Shown here piece by piece: positions 39,805 through 49,788 of a stretch of DNA of 64,000 nucleotides (its first letter is position 1; each line of letters opens with the position of its first letter). Location: positions 928,001 to 992,000 of the forward strand of contig CAVRJY010000001.1 of assembly GCA_963721805.1 (NCBI GenBank), read 5' to 3'. This stretch comes from Nitrospirota bacterium (GTDB lineage Bacteria > Nitrospirota > Thermodesulfovibrionia > Thermodesulfovibrionales > JdFR-86). The notes under the pieces were generated by a model. That model was not told where the DNA came from and did not search any database. It was given only the letters and a program-made list of their open reading frames with translations. A program made the position numbers and the translations under genes.

Positions 39805-40911
39805 ATGAGACATACGCTTGTGATATTGCTGATCGCGGCCGCGATATTTGCGGGCTGCGCCAAGAAAGAAGAGGCCAACGTAAAGATCGGCATAGCCGCT
39901 CCGATGACCGGCTCGCAGGCCAAGATGGGCAAGGACTTCCAAAGCGGGGCCGAACTCGCCGTAGCTGAATGGAACCAGCGCGGGGGCGTGCTCGGCAAGA
40001 AGATAGAGATAGTCCAGGGCGATGACCAGGCAGATCCCAAGCAGGCCGTCTCGGTCGCTAACAAGCTCGTAAACGACGGCGTCGCCGGCGTGGTCGGCCA
40101 CTTCAACTCGAGCTGCTCGATCCCGGCCTCGGACGTCTATAACCGCGCCTCGGTCCCGATGATCTCCCCCGGCTCGACCAACCCGCAGCTGACCGAGCGC
40201 GGATACCCCGGCGTCTTCCGCGTATGCGGCCGCGACGACCAGCAGGGCGGGGTCGCCGCAAGGTTCGTGCTCGAGCAGCTCAAGCTCAAGAAGGTCGCTG
40301 TGCTGCATGACAAGACAACGTATGGGCAGGGCCTCGCGGATGAGTTCAAAAGGAAGCTCGGCGACAAGGTCGAGGTCGTCTACTATGGCGGCATCATACA
40401 GGGCGACAAGGACTTCAAGGCCGTGCTCACGGACATCAAGACCAAGGCCCCGCAGCTGATATTCTTCGGAGGCATATACAACGAGGGCGGACAGATCGCC
40501 AAGCAGGCCAAGGAGATCGGGCTCGACGCGCCTATGATGAGCGGCGACGGCGTCTTCGACCCGCTCTATCTTCAGATCGCGGGTGATGCGGCCGAAGGCA
40601 CGTTCCTTACGTTCAGCCCCGACCCGGAGAAGATGCCCTCCTCTAAGGCGTTCATCGAGCGGTACAAAGCCAAATACGGCGAGCCCGGGCCATATTCGAT
40701 ATATGCGTATGACGCGATGAATATAATGGCTGCGGCGATCTCCGCGGCCAATTCCACGGACGGCAAGGCGATAATAGCGAAGCTCCACGGGATGACCTTC
40801 GACGGCGCGATGGGCAAGATAAAGTTCGACCCGAAGGGCGACGTCACCGCGCCGCCCTATGTGGTCTGGGTCGTCAAGGGCGGCAAGTTTCAGGAACTCT
40901 GGCGCCCGTAG
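39805..40911 (+). CDS. livK: Branched-chain amino acid ABC transporter substrate-binding lipoprotein
   Basis: Lipobox FAGC, DDQADPKQAV, VVGHFNS and YGQGLA motifs. Confidence 0.9.
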   Translation: MRHTLVILLIAAAIFAGCAKKEEANVKIGIAAPMTGSQAKMGKDFQSGAELAVAEWNQRGGVLGKKIEIVQGDDQADPKQAVSVANKLVNDGVAGVVGHFNSSCSIPASDVYNRASVPMISPGSTNPQLTERGYPGVFRVCGRDDQQGGVAARFVLEQLKLKKVAVLHDKTTYGQGLADEFKRKLGDKVEVVYYGGIIQGDKDFKAVLTDIKTKAPQLIFFGGIYNEGGQIAKQAKEIGLDAPMMSGDGVFDPLYLQIAGDAAEGTFLTFSPDPEKMPSSKAFIERYKAKYGEPGPYSIYAYDAMNIMAAAISAANSTDGKAIIAKLHGMTFDGAMGKIKFDPKGDVTAPPYVVWVVKGGKFQELWRP

Positions 40912-40915
40912 CCCG

Positions 40916-41809
40916 ATGCTCCTGCAGCAGATCATCAACGGCCTGACGCTCGGGGGCGTATATGCCCTGATAGCGCTTGGCTATACGATGGTCTACGGGA
41001 TACTGGAGCTCATCAACTTCGCCCACGGCGAGATCTACATGCTCGGGGCGTACCTGACGATCATCATCTTCGGGCTGATGACCGCATGGGGCATGGGCCC
41101 GGCCGCGGCTATCGGCCTCACGCTTCTGCTTTCGGTTACGTTCACAGGGGCGTACGGATTTGCGGTCGAGCGGCTCGCGTACCGCCCGCTTCGGCACTCG
41201 CCGCGCCTGACTCCTCTTATCAGCGCCATCGGCATATCTATCTTCCTCCAAAACTACGTTATGCTCACGCAGGGAGCGACCGACAAGGTCTTCGCCCACT
41301 CGTTCGGCTCCGGGGGCATCGAGCTTGCGGGGGCGAGGGTCACCTATATGCAGCTCGTCATACTCGCTGTATCGGGCTCTCTGATGGCGGGGCTGCACCT
41401 GTTCGTCAAGGGTACCCGCTACGGCAAGGCGATGAAGGCCGCGGCGCAGGACAAAACGATGGCCGCGCTCGTCGGGATCAACGTCGATACGGTCATATCG
41501 CTTACGTTCGTGATAGGCTCAGGGCTCGCGGCCGTGGCTGGCATGATGGTAGTTCTGTATTATGGCGCGGTCAATTACTATATCGGCTACATCGCGGGCA
41601 TCAAGGCGTTTACCGCAGCGGTGCTCGGCGGCATAGGGAGCATCCCCGGCGCGGTCGTAGGCGGGCTGGTGCTCGGGCTCGTCGAGAGCCTGGGGGCCAG
41701 CTATCTCTCTAGCGAATACAAGGACGCATATGCCTTCATCATCCTGATCGTGATACTGCTGATCAAGCCTACCGGGATCTTCGGCGCGAACGCCGAGGAC
41801 AAGATATGA
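40916..41809 (+). CDS. livH: Branched-chain amino acid ABC transporter permease
   Basis: YALIALGYTMVYG..INFAHGE and AAVLGGIGS motifs. Confidence 0.93.
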   Translation: MLLQQIINGLTLGGVYALIALGYTMVYGILELINFAHGEIYMLGAYLTIIIFGLMTAWGMGPAAAIGLTLLLSVTFTGAYGFAVERLAYRPLRHSPRLTPLISAIGISIFLQNYVMLTQGATDKVFAHSFGSGGIELAGARVTYMQLVILAVSGSLMAGLHLFVKGTRYGKAMKAAAQDKTMAALVGINVDTVISLTFVIGSGLAAVAGMMVVLYYGAVNYYIGYIAGIKAFTAAVLGGIGSIPGAVVGGLVLGLVESLGASYLSSEYKDAYAFIILIVILLIKPTGIFGANAEDKI

Positions 41810-42894
41810 GCCTCGCCAGGGCGCTGCTGGTCGCCCTCGGCTTCGCGCTGCTCTTTCTGCCGTTTAAGGGAATAAGCGGCGCGCTGTGGATGTTCGGGGT
41901 GCTTGCGGTCTCGATCCCGGCGTTTAAGGGGCTGGGCCGGCTTGCATCGAGGCGGACGTTCCGGCTGCCGCTGGTCCCGAAGGTCAATCCCATGGTTTTA
42001 TACGCGGCCACCCTCGCGTCGTTGCTTTGCGTGCCGCTGGTGGCGGGCGGGTACGTGATCGACGTGCTCGTGCTCGCGTGCATATACGTGATTCTGGCCG
42101 AGGGGCTTAACGTTGTGGTCGGCTTTAGCGGGATGCTGAGTCTCGGTTTTGTGGCGTTTTATGCGATAGGGGCATACGCTTATGCGCTCCTTACGACGGA
42201 TGCGGGGATCGGCTTTTGGGTCGCGATGCCTGTAAGCGCGGTGGTCGCGGCCTTGGCCGGTGGGCTTCTGGCGCTTCCGGCCCTCAGGCTGCGGGGGGAT
42301 TACCTCGCACTCGTGACGCTCGGTTTCGGCGAGATCGTGCGGCTGGTGCTCAACAACTGGGACTCGGTCACCCACGGCCCCAACGGCATATCCGGCATCC
42401 CGCGCCCGGCGCTTGCCGGCTTCGGCCTCGACAGGCTCGAGCACTACTACTACCTTGCGCTCATGATGGTCGTCGTCTCGCTTGCGGTAATCAGAAACGT
42501 CCGCGAATCGAAGATCGGGCGGGCCTGGGTCGCGATCCGCGAGGACGAGATAGCGGCCTCGGCCTCGGGCATAAACACCCTGCTCTATAAATTCTACGCC
42601 AACGCATTCGGCGCGTTCTTCGCCGGGCTGGCCGGGGTGCTCTATGCCGCGAAGATGCAATTTATCTCGCCCGAGAGCTTTTCCTTTTTTGAGTCCGTGA
42701 TCGTGCTTTGCATGGTCATCCTCGGAGGGCTCGGGAGCATCACGGGCGTCGTGCTGGGGGCGACCCTGCTGGTCGTGCTGCCGGAGATGCTCCGGGACGT
42801 GCAGGCATACCGCATGCTGGTGCTCGGGGCCGGGCTCGTCGCGCTGATGATATTCAGGCCGCAGGGGATTATGGGGCGAAGGCATGCTTCTTGA
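41806..42894 (+). CDS. livM: Branched-chain amino acid ABC transporter permease
   Basis: LRLRGDYLALVTLGFGEIVR and GRAWVAIREDE motifs. Confidence 0.93.
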   Translation: MSLARALLVALGFALLFLPFKGISGALWMFGVLAVSIPAFKGLGRLASRRTFRLPLVPKVNPMVLYAATLASLLCVPLVAGGYVIDVLVLACIYVILAEGLNVVVGFSGMLSLGFVAFYAIGAYAYALLTTDAGIGFWVAMPVSAVVAALAGGLLALPALRLRGDYLALVTLGFGEIVRLVLNNWDSVTHGPNGISGIPRPALAGFGLDRLEHYYYLALMMVVVSLAVIRNVRESKIGRAWVAIREDEIAASASGINTLLYKFYANAFGAFFAGLAGVLYAAKMQFISPESFSFFESVIVLCMVILGGLGSITGVVLGATLLVVLPEMLRDVQAYRMLVLGAGLVALMIFRPQGIMGRRHAS

Positions 42895-43642
42895 GCTCAG
42901 GGGCGTAGTCAAGCACTTCGGCGGGCTGCACGCCATCGAGGACGTCTCGTTCAGGGTGCGCGGGGGCGAGATAGTGAGCGTCATAGGCCCAAACGGCGCG
43001 GGCAAGACCACGCTGTTTAACTGCATAACCGGGTTTACGCGCCCGACCGGCGGCGCGGTGCTCTTCGGCGGCGCGGACATCACCGGGCTTAAGCCCCACA
43101 GGGTCAGCGCCGCGGGGATAGCGCGCACCTTTCAGAACATCAGGCTCTTTAAGGAGATGAGCGCCGTGGAAAACGTGATGGTCGCCGCGCACGGCTCGAT
43201 CGAGACCGGGTTTCTCTCGGCCGTGTTTCGCACGGGAGGGTTCGCTAGGAAGGAGCGCTCTGCGCGCGAGGGCGCGATGGAGCTCCTCTCCCTGGTCGGC
43301 ATCGGGAGGTACGCGGACAATGAGGCGGGCTCGCTCCCATACGGAGACCAGCGCAGGCTCGAGATCGCCCGCGCGCTGGCCTCGGAGCCTCGTCTGATCC
43401 TGCTTGACGAGCCCGCGGCCGGGATGAACCCGCAGGAGACCGGCGAGGCCATCGAGCTCATACGCAAGCTCAAGCTCATGGGCAAGACCGTCGTGCTGAT
43501 CGAGCACGACATGAACGTCGTGATGGGCATCTCCGACAGCATCGTGGTGCTGGACCACGGGGTGAAGATCGCCGAGGGCGCGCCGGATGCGATCAGGCGC
43601 GACCCGCTCGTGATCGAGGCCTACCTCGGCAGGGAGATATAG
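42884..43642 (+). CDS. livG: Branched-chain amino acid ABC transporter ATPase
   Basis: GPNGAGKTT, IARTFQNIRLF, LLDEPAAG and VIEAYLG motifs. Confidence 0.94.
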   Translation: MLLELRGVVKHFGGLHAIEDVSFRVRGGEIVSVIGPNGAGKTTLFNCITGFTRPTGGAVLFGGADITGLKPHRVSAAGIARTFQNIRLFKEMSAVENVMVAAHGSIETGFLSAVFRTGGFARKERSAREGAMELLSLVGIGRYADNEAGSLPYGDQRRLEIARALASEPRLILLDEPAAGMNPQETGEAIELIRKLKLMGKTVVLIEHDMNVVMGISDSIVVLDHGVKIAEGAPDAIRRDPLVIEAYLGREI

Positions 43643-44350
43643 GTGCTCGTACTTAAAGACATACGCGCCTCATACGGCCAGATCGAGGCCCTGAAGGGCG
43701 TGAGCCTCGAGGTCCGCGAACGCGAGATAGTCTCGCTCATCGGCTCTAACGGGGCCGGCAAGTCCACGACGCTCATGACCATATCGGGCATCCTCAGGCA
43801 GCGCTCCGGGGGCATCGAGTTCGAGGGCAGGGACCTTAGCGGCGCCCCGGCGCACGAGATCGTGGCTATGGGCATCGGGCAGGTGCCTGAGGGCCGGAGG
43901 ATATTCCCGCGCCTCACGGTGCGCGAGAACCTCGAGATGGGCGCGTTCCTTAAGCCAAAGGCCGAGCTGGAGGCGCTCTACGAGAGGGTATACGCGCTGT
44001 TCCCGCTGCTTAGGGAGCGCACGGCCCAGATGGGCGGCACCCTTAGCGGCGGCGAACAGCAGATGCTCGCGATAGGCCGCGCGCTGATGAGCGCTCCGCG
44101 CGTCCTGCTGCTCGATGAGCCCTCGCTCGGGCTCGCGCCGATAATGGTGCGGAAGATCTTCCGCACGATCAGGGAGATTAACGCAGAGGGCGTGACCGTG
44201 CTGCTGGTCGAGCAGAACGCGCGCGCTGCGCTTAGCCTCTCGGACCGCGCATACGTGCTCGAGGGCGGCAGGATTACGCTTGAGGGCACGGGTGCTGAGC
44301 TCCTGCATAACGACGAGGTCCGCCGGGCATACCTGGGCGGCGGGGCGTAA
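43643..44350 (+). CDS. livF: Branched-chain amino acid ABC transporter ATPase
   Basis: GSNGAGKST, VPEGRRIF, LSGGEQQM and LLDEPSLGLAP motifs. Confidence 0.94.
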   Translation: MLVLKDIRASYGQIEALKGVSLEVREREIVSLIGSNGAGKSTTLMTISGILRQRSGGIEFEGRDLSGAPAHEIVAMGIGQVPEGRRIFPRLTVRENLEMGAFLKPKAELEALYERVYALFPLLRERTAQMGGTLSGGEQQMLAIGRALMSAPRVLLLDEPSLGLAPIMVRKIFRTIREINAEGVTVLLVEQNARAALSLSDRAYVLEGGRITLEGTGAELLHNDEVRRAYLGGGA

Positions 44351-44359
44351 GAGCAGGTC

Positions 44360-45370
44360 TTACTGCTGCTCCCGCTCGGGCCGCAGGGCGCGCCAGAGCC
44401 TGATCGCCACGAGAATGATGGCGGTAATGAGCCCCGTGAAGATCGTGATTATGCCGAGCTGCAGCAGGGGGAGCCCGGGGTCGCGTGCCGCTTCGAGCTG
44501 CACCCAGTACGAGGGCTCCTGGAACGAGAGCGTGTAGCCGTCAAACGATATCGGCCCGGCGCCGGAGTTGCCGTCGAAAACCGTGGTGTCGCCCTTGACT
44601 ATCTTCAGGCCGTAGAGCGGATGTTTCATGTGATAGGTCTTGATCTTCTCGTCCCCGCGTTCCTTGACCTCGTTTGGCAGGACGCGGAGCGAAAACACGT
44701 AAGGCAGGCCCTGGAGCTTGAAGTCGTCCGTGGCCCCGGGGGGCAGGAGCCTGAGCGACACGAGCCCGTCCTGCAGCGTCTCGCCGGCCGCATTGCGCAG
44801 CAGGAGCGAGGGCGCCATGTCCACGAACAGTATGTGATAGTAGGTCGTGCCGATGCGCGTCGGAGGGAACGCCTCTATGGTTTTGGTCGAGCCGTCGTCC
44901 TTTTGCGCGGTGATCTTTGGCGCGTACTGGAATATCCCGCTCCCGGTGTCCGTGGCGTGCTCTCCGAGGCCTGCGTCGAGGCGCTCGACCGTAAAGCCTG
45001 CATCGTGCCAGGGCGGCGAGACCGCAGTGCCTTCAGCCACCGCCAGCTTGTCGCTATGGCGCAGAGAGGCGCTCAGCAGGAATCCAATAAGAAATATGAT
45101 AACGCCCGCGGGGAGCACCACCCAGAGGGCGAACCTGAGCCTGCTTTCCCTGAAGCGCGCGATGCCCTGGCGCGCCGTAACGCCGATCACGCACAGGACG
45201 AACAGGATATATATCGCCTGGACCGCCTTGAACTCGCTCAACAGGCCGATATAGCTGGCAAAGGCCTCCGTGCCCCATACTGCCCACGTGACATAGAAAA
45301 TCGCCCAGCCGATCACGAGAGCGCCGAGCGTCCGGCCGGACGTGAATATCGACAGGAGTCTCCTCATCAT
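44360..45370 (-). CDS. Membrane protein with ResB-like topology
   Basis: Three N-terminal TM helices, a large beta-rich periplasmic domain, RDPG motif and a C-terminal TM helix. Confidence 0.5.
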   Translation of the reverse strand: MMRRLLSIFTSGRTLGALVIGWAIFYVTWAVWGTEAFASYIGLLSEFKAVQAIYILFVLCVIGVTARQGIARFRESRLRFALWVVLPAGVIIFLIGFLLSASLRHSDKLAVAEGTAVSPPWHDAGFTVERLDAGLGEHATDTGSGIFQYAPKITAQKDDGSTKTIEAFPPTRIGTTYYHILFVDMAPSLLLRNAAGETLQDGLVSLRLLPPGATDDFKLQGLPYVFSLRVLPNEVKERGDEKIKTYHMKHPLYGLKIVKGDTTVFDGNSGAGPISFDGYTLSFQEPSYWVQLEAARDPGLPLLQLGIITIFTGLITAIILVAIRLWRALRPEREQQ

Positions 45371-46740
45371 CGCTCACCGCCCTTCGGGCCGCCTGAGCGG
45401 GCATCGGCCCAGCGCGCGTCGATCTCCGAGGTCTGGATGCGGATGTCGCGGTCGTTTATCTCAGCCTTGAGCGGGATGGGGTTGCAGCCGCCGGGCCTGC
45501 CCAGCGTGGAGGTGGATATCGGGGTCCTGCAGAACATGCAGACCACGAAACCCGTGCTCTGGCCGTATCCCTCGGGCGGGCATATCTCGCAGGCATCCAG
45601 GCATACAGCGAGCTTGTCGTCGGGTTTTTTCATCACGAAAAATCTAACTTCGCCCTCCGGCCGCATGATGACGAACTTGTGGATCTTCCCGTCGCGGAGG
45701 TCCATCGTGGGGTCGGTGAGCGGTATCACGACCGAGCCCTTATCTTCGACCACGGGCTTCGGTGCGGGGGCGTACAGGATCGAGACCTCTCCCCGGCTGC
45801 TCGCCGATATCCACGAGGCCAGCACCACGGCGACGAATACCATGGCGGCGGCGGACAATTTTAAGCGCGTCCGGCGCGCCTCGGCCCGCAGTATCCTCCT
45901 GTGCGCCCCGGTCGCGGCCTCGTCCACGCCGGGCACAGGCGCAACGTATACCGAATACAGGTATACCGCAGCGGGGCCCGCAAGCAGCGCAAGCGCGACC
46001 GAGAGCCCGAAGTTCGAGCCGAAGAATATGCCGATGAACTTCCAGGTCGTGAGCGTGAGCATCGGGTGGTCCGGCACGAGCAGGAAGACCAGCACCTGGT
46101 GCAGGACGTCGTGCGTGAATTTCATCGCGCCGCGCTCGACCGTCGGGATCAGGGAAAACTCGCTGAGCCCGCTGATGCCCCCTGCCGTGAGCTTGATGAG
46201 CGCCATCATCAGCATGAGCTGCCCGGTGCCTAAAAACCTTGAAAGCGGCCCGGCGAGCCTCATCGGACGAAGCGCGAGCAGGAGCCACGGGAGCGCGAAT
46301 CCGGCCGCGAACGCCGCGTACGTTGAGGCAGGGCTCGCCCTCATCACGCCGGTGTCCCTGAGGTAGACGGCCGCGCTGAGGATGTCGGGCACGAGGTACA
46401 GGGCTATCAGAGCGGCGATGCCCGGCCCGGCGATCCTCTCAAGGGCTGCCGGCATCGTTACTGCTGCAGCGAAGAGACCGATTATCGAGGTCGCGAAAAA
46501 AAGGAAGAAGACGTACCCGACGAGCTGGACGAGCCATGGCCGCAGGGACTGCGCCCCGACGCCAGCCATCACCGCCGCCGAGACCGCCGCAGCGGCAACG
46601 GCGCCGGCCAGCAGCCACCTGAGCAGTTCGCCGCGCCGGGGGCTGTCATTCAGGTACGCCGCCCACAGCAGCCACAGCAGCAGGAGCTTGAAGGCCTCCT
46701 TAAGGCCCAGCGGGCCTATATCAGTAATAATTTGGCTCAT
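45367..46740 (-). CDS. DUF2318 (Fe-S-containing) membrane protein
   Basis: Multi-TM N-terminus; C-terminal DACEIC...VCMFC...GGCNPIPL motif. Confidence 0.85.
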   Translation of the reverse strand: MSQIITDIGPLGLKEAFKLLLLWLLWAAYLNDSPRRGELLRWLLAGAVAAAAVSAAVMAGVGAQSLRPWLVQLVGYVFFLFFATSIIGLFAAAVTMPAALERIAGPGIAALIALYLVPDILSAAVYLRDTGVMRASPASTYAAFAAGFALPWLLLALRPMRLAGPLSRFLGTGQLMLMMALIKLTAGGISGLSEFSLIPTVERGAMKFTHDVLHQVLVFLLVPDHPMLTLTTWKFIGIFFGSNFGLSVALALLAGPAAVYLYSVYVAPVPGVDEAATGAHRRILRAEARRTRLKLSAAAMVFVAVVLASWISASSRGEVSILYAPAPKPVVEDKGSVVIPLTDPTMDLRDGKIHKFVIMRPEGEVRFFVMKKPDDKLAVCLDACEICPPEGYGQSTGFVVCMFCRTPISTSTLGRPGGCNPIPLKAEINDRDIRIQTSEIDARWADARSGGPKGGER

Positions 46741-47398
46741 CTTTTAGAACTTTGCCGTCCTGCATCGTGATCGTGCGCTCAGCCCATTTTGCCACATACG
46801 GGTCGTGGGTTACCAGCACTATGGTGAAGCGCTCGTCTTTGTGCAGGGTCTTTAAGAGCTCCATTATCATAGTCGTGTTCTGCCGGTCGAGGTTCCCGGT
46901 AGGCTCGTCGGCCAGGAGGATGCGGGGGTTGTTCGTCAGTGCGCGCGCGATGCATACCCGCTGCTGCTCTCCGCCGCTGAGCTGCGAGGGCCGGTGTTCG
47001 AGCCTGTGGCCCATCCCGACGCGCTTGAGGGCTTCTATCGCCTCGCCCTCGTCCGTGAGGCTGTGGAAATACTGTGCGAGCATCACGTTTTCGACGCAAG
47101 TCAGGTACGGCACCAAGTGAGACTGCTGAAACACGATCCCGATGTTCTCGCGCCTGAAGCGCGCCATCGCGTCCTCTCCAAGCGGGCAGGTCTCGGTGCT
47201 GTCGATCGTGACGCACCCCCCGGTGGGGCTGTCGAGACCGCCCAGGATGTTCAGCAGCGTGCTCTTGCCCGAGCCCGAGCTTCCCACTATCGCGCACCAC
47301 ATGCCCCGCTCTATGTCTATGTCCACGCCCCGCAGGGCCGCGGCGGTCGAGTATTCTTTCATCAGTCCGCGTATCTCGATAAAGGCCACTTCACTCAC
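46721..47398 (-). CDS. ABC transporter ATP-binding protein (LolD/MacB-like)
   Basis: GSSGSGKST, LSGGEQQRV, LADEPTGNLD and VTHD motifs. Confidence 0.93.
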   Translation of the reverse strand: MSEVAFIEIRGLMKEYSTAAALRGVDIDIERGMWCAIVGSSGSGKSTLLNILGGLDSPTGGCVTIDSTETCPLGEDAMARFRRENIGIVFQQSHLVPYLTCVENVMLAQYFHSLTDEGEAIEALKRVGMGHRLEHRPSQLSGGEQQRVCIARALTNNPRILLADEPTGNLDRQNTTMIMELLKTLHKDERFTIVLVTHDPYVAKWAERTITMQDGKVLKDEPNYY

Positions 47399-48488
47399 CC
47401 CTCAGTACCACCGACGCCTTGCGCCGAAGCGCATCGGCGAGCGGCAGGAAACTCGCGAGCATCGCTATCAGGAGCCCAAGGCCCACCGAGAGCGGAGCAA
47501 GATATAACGGCACGCCCACATAGGCGTGAAAGGCCCCCTTTGTCACGGCCTCGGCCCCAAGTGCGCCGACGACGAACCCGGCCACGCCGCCCATGAGCCC
47601 TATGGCCGCGGCCTCGGCCAGGAAAAACCGCCTGATCTCGGCCGTCGTGCCGCCTATGGCGCGCATGAGCCCGATCTCTTTCAGGCGCTCGAGCATCGTT
47701 GCGGTCATCGTGCTCGAAACGCTGATGCTAGTGGCCAGCACGACCACTATGGTTACGAGCCCCATCAGGAGCTCCATCTTGGCCAGGAAAGACTCCTCGG
47801 CCCCCGCGACCTGCTTGAGCGTCTTGACCTCGGCCTGTGGGAGCTTGCCCTTTAGCGAGGCCACCGTGGCCGGCAGCGCATCCGAGCGCACACGGACGAG
47901 CACCGCGCTTATCGCGCCGGGCGCGGCAGCGAGCTCCTGCGCCTCGGCCAGCGGCATCAGCACCGAGTCATCCTCCGGCCCGCCGCGCTCCATAAGCCCG
48001 GATACCCTGTATTCGATCTCGCGCCCGGCGAGGCCGAGCTTGATCGTATCGCCCGTCTTTAGCTTGATCGTCTCGGCCGCGCTCTTGCCTATGAGTGTTT
48101 CGTTGTTGGCTGAGGGAAGGGCTCCGGTGAGCCTCCAGCCCTCGGCCGGGAGCATCTTTGAGGTATCGAGGCCGATCAGCTCCAGAGCTATCCCCCCGGC
48201 CGTGACCGAGGCGTATAGCTGCGGGGAGTAGTCCTCGACCGCAGGCTCGGCCGCGACGGCCTTAAGCGCGGCCTGATCGAGGTAGCCCTCGGCCCGGGAC
48301 ACTATCATGTTGGCCCCGTATGCGCGCAGTTCGCCCCCGAGTTTCTGCCTTATGCCAAGGGATATGCCCAGGGCGCAGACTACTACCGCGGAGGCGATCA
48401 TTATCGAGGCCGATGCGACCGCAACGCGGCCGCGCCTCTGCCCTATCGAGCGCGAAAGGAACCGGAAGAACCATTCCCTGTTTTTCAT
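47391..48488 (-). CDS. ABC transporter permease (FtsX/MacB-like)
   Basis: ELRAYGAN and ERLKEIGLMRAIG motifs; four-TM topology. Confidence 0.9.
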   Translation of the reverse strand: MKNREWFFRFLSRSIGQRRGRVAVASASIMIASAVVVCALGISLGIRQKLGGELRAYGANMIVSRAEGYLDQAALKAVAAEPAVEDYSPQLYASVTAGGIALELIGLDTSKMLPAEGWRLTGALPSANNETLIGKSAAETIKLKTGDTIKLGLAGREIEYRVSGLMERGGPEDDSVLMPLAEAQELAAAPGAISAVLVRVRSDALPATVASLKGKLPQAEVKTLKQVAGAEESFLAKMELLMGLVTIVVVLATSISVSSTMTATMLERLKEIGLMRAIGGTTAEIRRFFLAEAAAIGLMGGVAGFVVGALGAEAVTKGAFHAYVGVPLYLAPLSVGLGLLIAMLASFLPLADALRRKASVVLRGE

Positions 48489-49726
48489 ACCGCGCCCTTC
48501 AGCACGAGCGCGGGCTTGACCTTGAGCGCCCGGCGTATCGGCAGCAGGCTTCCGAGCGCCGCGATCAGCAGCGCGTTGATGAGCGATACAGGCAGGAGCA
48601 GAGCCCGGCTGGTCAGCGCGGTGCTGAAGACCTGCTGGCCTATGTATGCGGATACGCCGAGGGAGAGCAGGTATCCTATCAGGCCCCCCATGATCCCGAT
48701 GATAAACGCCTCGGAAAGGAATATCAGTATGATGCCCAGGCTGTCGGCCCCGACCGCCTTCATAAGCCCGATCTCGTCGAGCCTTCTAAGCAGGCTGGCC
48801 GCCATGGTCGCGGACATCCCCATCGCGGAGGTCAGGAACGTCGCGGCCGTAAGCAGGTATACGAGCAGGCTCATCCTGCCCAGCACGGTGCCCTCGGTCT
48901 CGGCCACCTGCCATATGGGCTTCGCGCGCCCGCCCTTGAAGACCTCTTCGAGCTGCTTGGCTATCGAGGTGACGTAACCCGTGCAGTACCATTTTTCGTA
49001 CTCCGCCTTGCTCATCGTCGCGGGGTCCTTGTATGCGAAGTCGTCCATCGGCGTGGTGAGGGCGGATATCGTAACGCGTGAGACCGCGCCCGGGACCCCC
49101 AATATGGACTGCAGCTCCGCGAGGTCGAAAAACGCCTGATGGTCCTCGCGCCCCCCGGTCGAGACCGTGCCCGTCACCTTGTAGGGGCGGTCATTGACGC
49201 TTATGGTATCGCCCGCCTTCGCGCCGGTCTCGGAGGCGAGGCTCACGCCGAGCGCCACGCCGGACCCGCCCGGCCATTCGCCCTTGACGTCCCACCACGG
49301 CGCGACCGACTCTATGCCGACCTGGAACTTTTCAGGCTCCCCCGGAAGCGGGATCCCGTGGGAGTACCACGAGCCCACGGCCTGGGTCTCGATCCTCTTT
49401 GCGCCGGAGCCGAGCGTTACCTTGCCGTCCAGAAACGGTGCGAGGCCGAGGATGTTGTGCCGCCAGAAGATCGTCTTGGCCCTTACGAGGTCCTCTTCTC
49501 TCAGGTACCGGCGCTGTCCCGCGATGCCTGCCACGCCCTCGACCTTCGGCTCGACCACTATGTTCGCGCCGAAGGAGCGCAGTTCGCGCGTGACCTTTCC
49601 GGTGATGTCCAGCGAGAGGGTGATCAGGGAGGCCGAGATCGCCGTGCCCATCGCCACCGATATGACCATCAGGGCCATGGCTTTCTTTTGGTTGATGAAG
49701 GATTGCTTGAGGATATTTAAGATCAC
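48485..49726 (-). CDS. ABC transporter permease (FtsX/MacB-like)
   Basis: ELRSFGAN, IFWRHNI, EYEKWYCTGY and EIGLMKAVGA motifs. Confidence 0.9.
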   Translation of the reverse strand: MILNILKQSFINQKKAMALMVISVAMGTAISASLITLSLDITGKVTRELRSFGANIVVEPKVEGVAGIAGQRRYLREEDLVRAKTIFWRHNILGLAPFLDGKVTLGSGAKRIETQAVGSWYSHGIPLPGEPEKFQVGIESVAPWWDVKGEWPGGSGVALGVSLASETGAKAGDTISVNDRPYKVTGTVSTGGREDHQAFFDLAELQSILGVPGAVSRVTISALTTPMDDFAYKDPATMSKAEYEKWYCTGYVTSIAKQLEEVFKGGRAKPIWQVAETEGTVLGRMSLLVYLLTAATFLTSAMGMSATMAASLLRRLDEIGLMKAVGADSLGIILIFLSEAFIIGIMGGLIGYLLSLGVSAYIGQQVFSTALTSRALLLPVSLINALLIAALGSLLPIRRALKVKPALVLKGAV

Positions 49727-49788
49727 AATAAAATTTTAACACACGCGGCGATGTGAACGCCCGCAGGCCTGTCAGCCCAAAAAACGGC

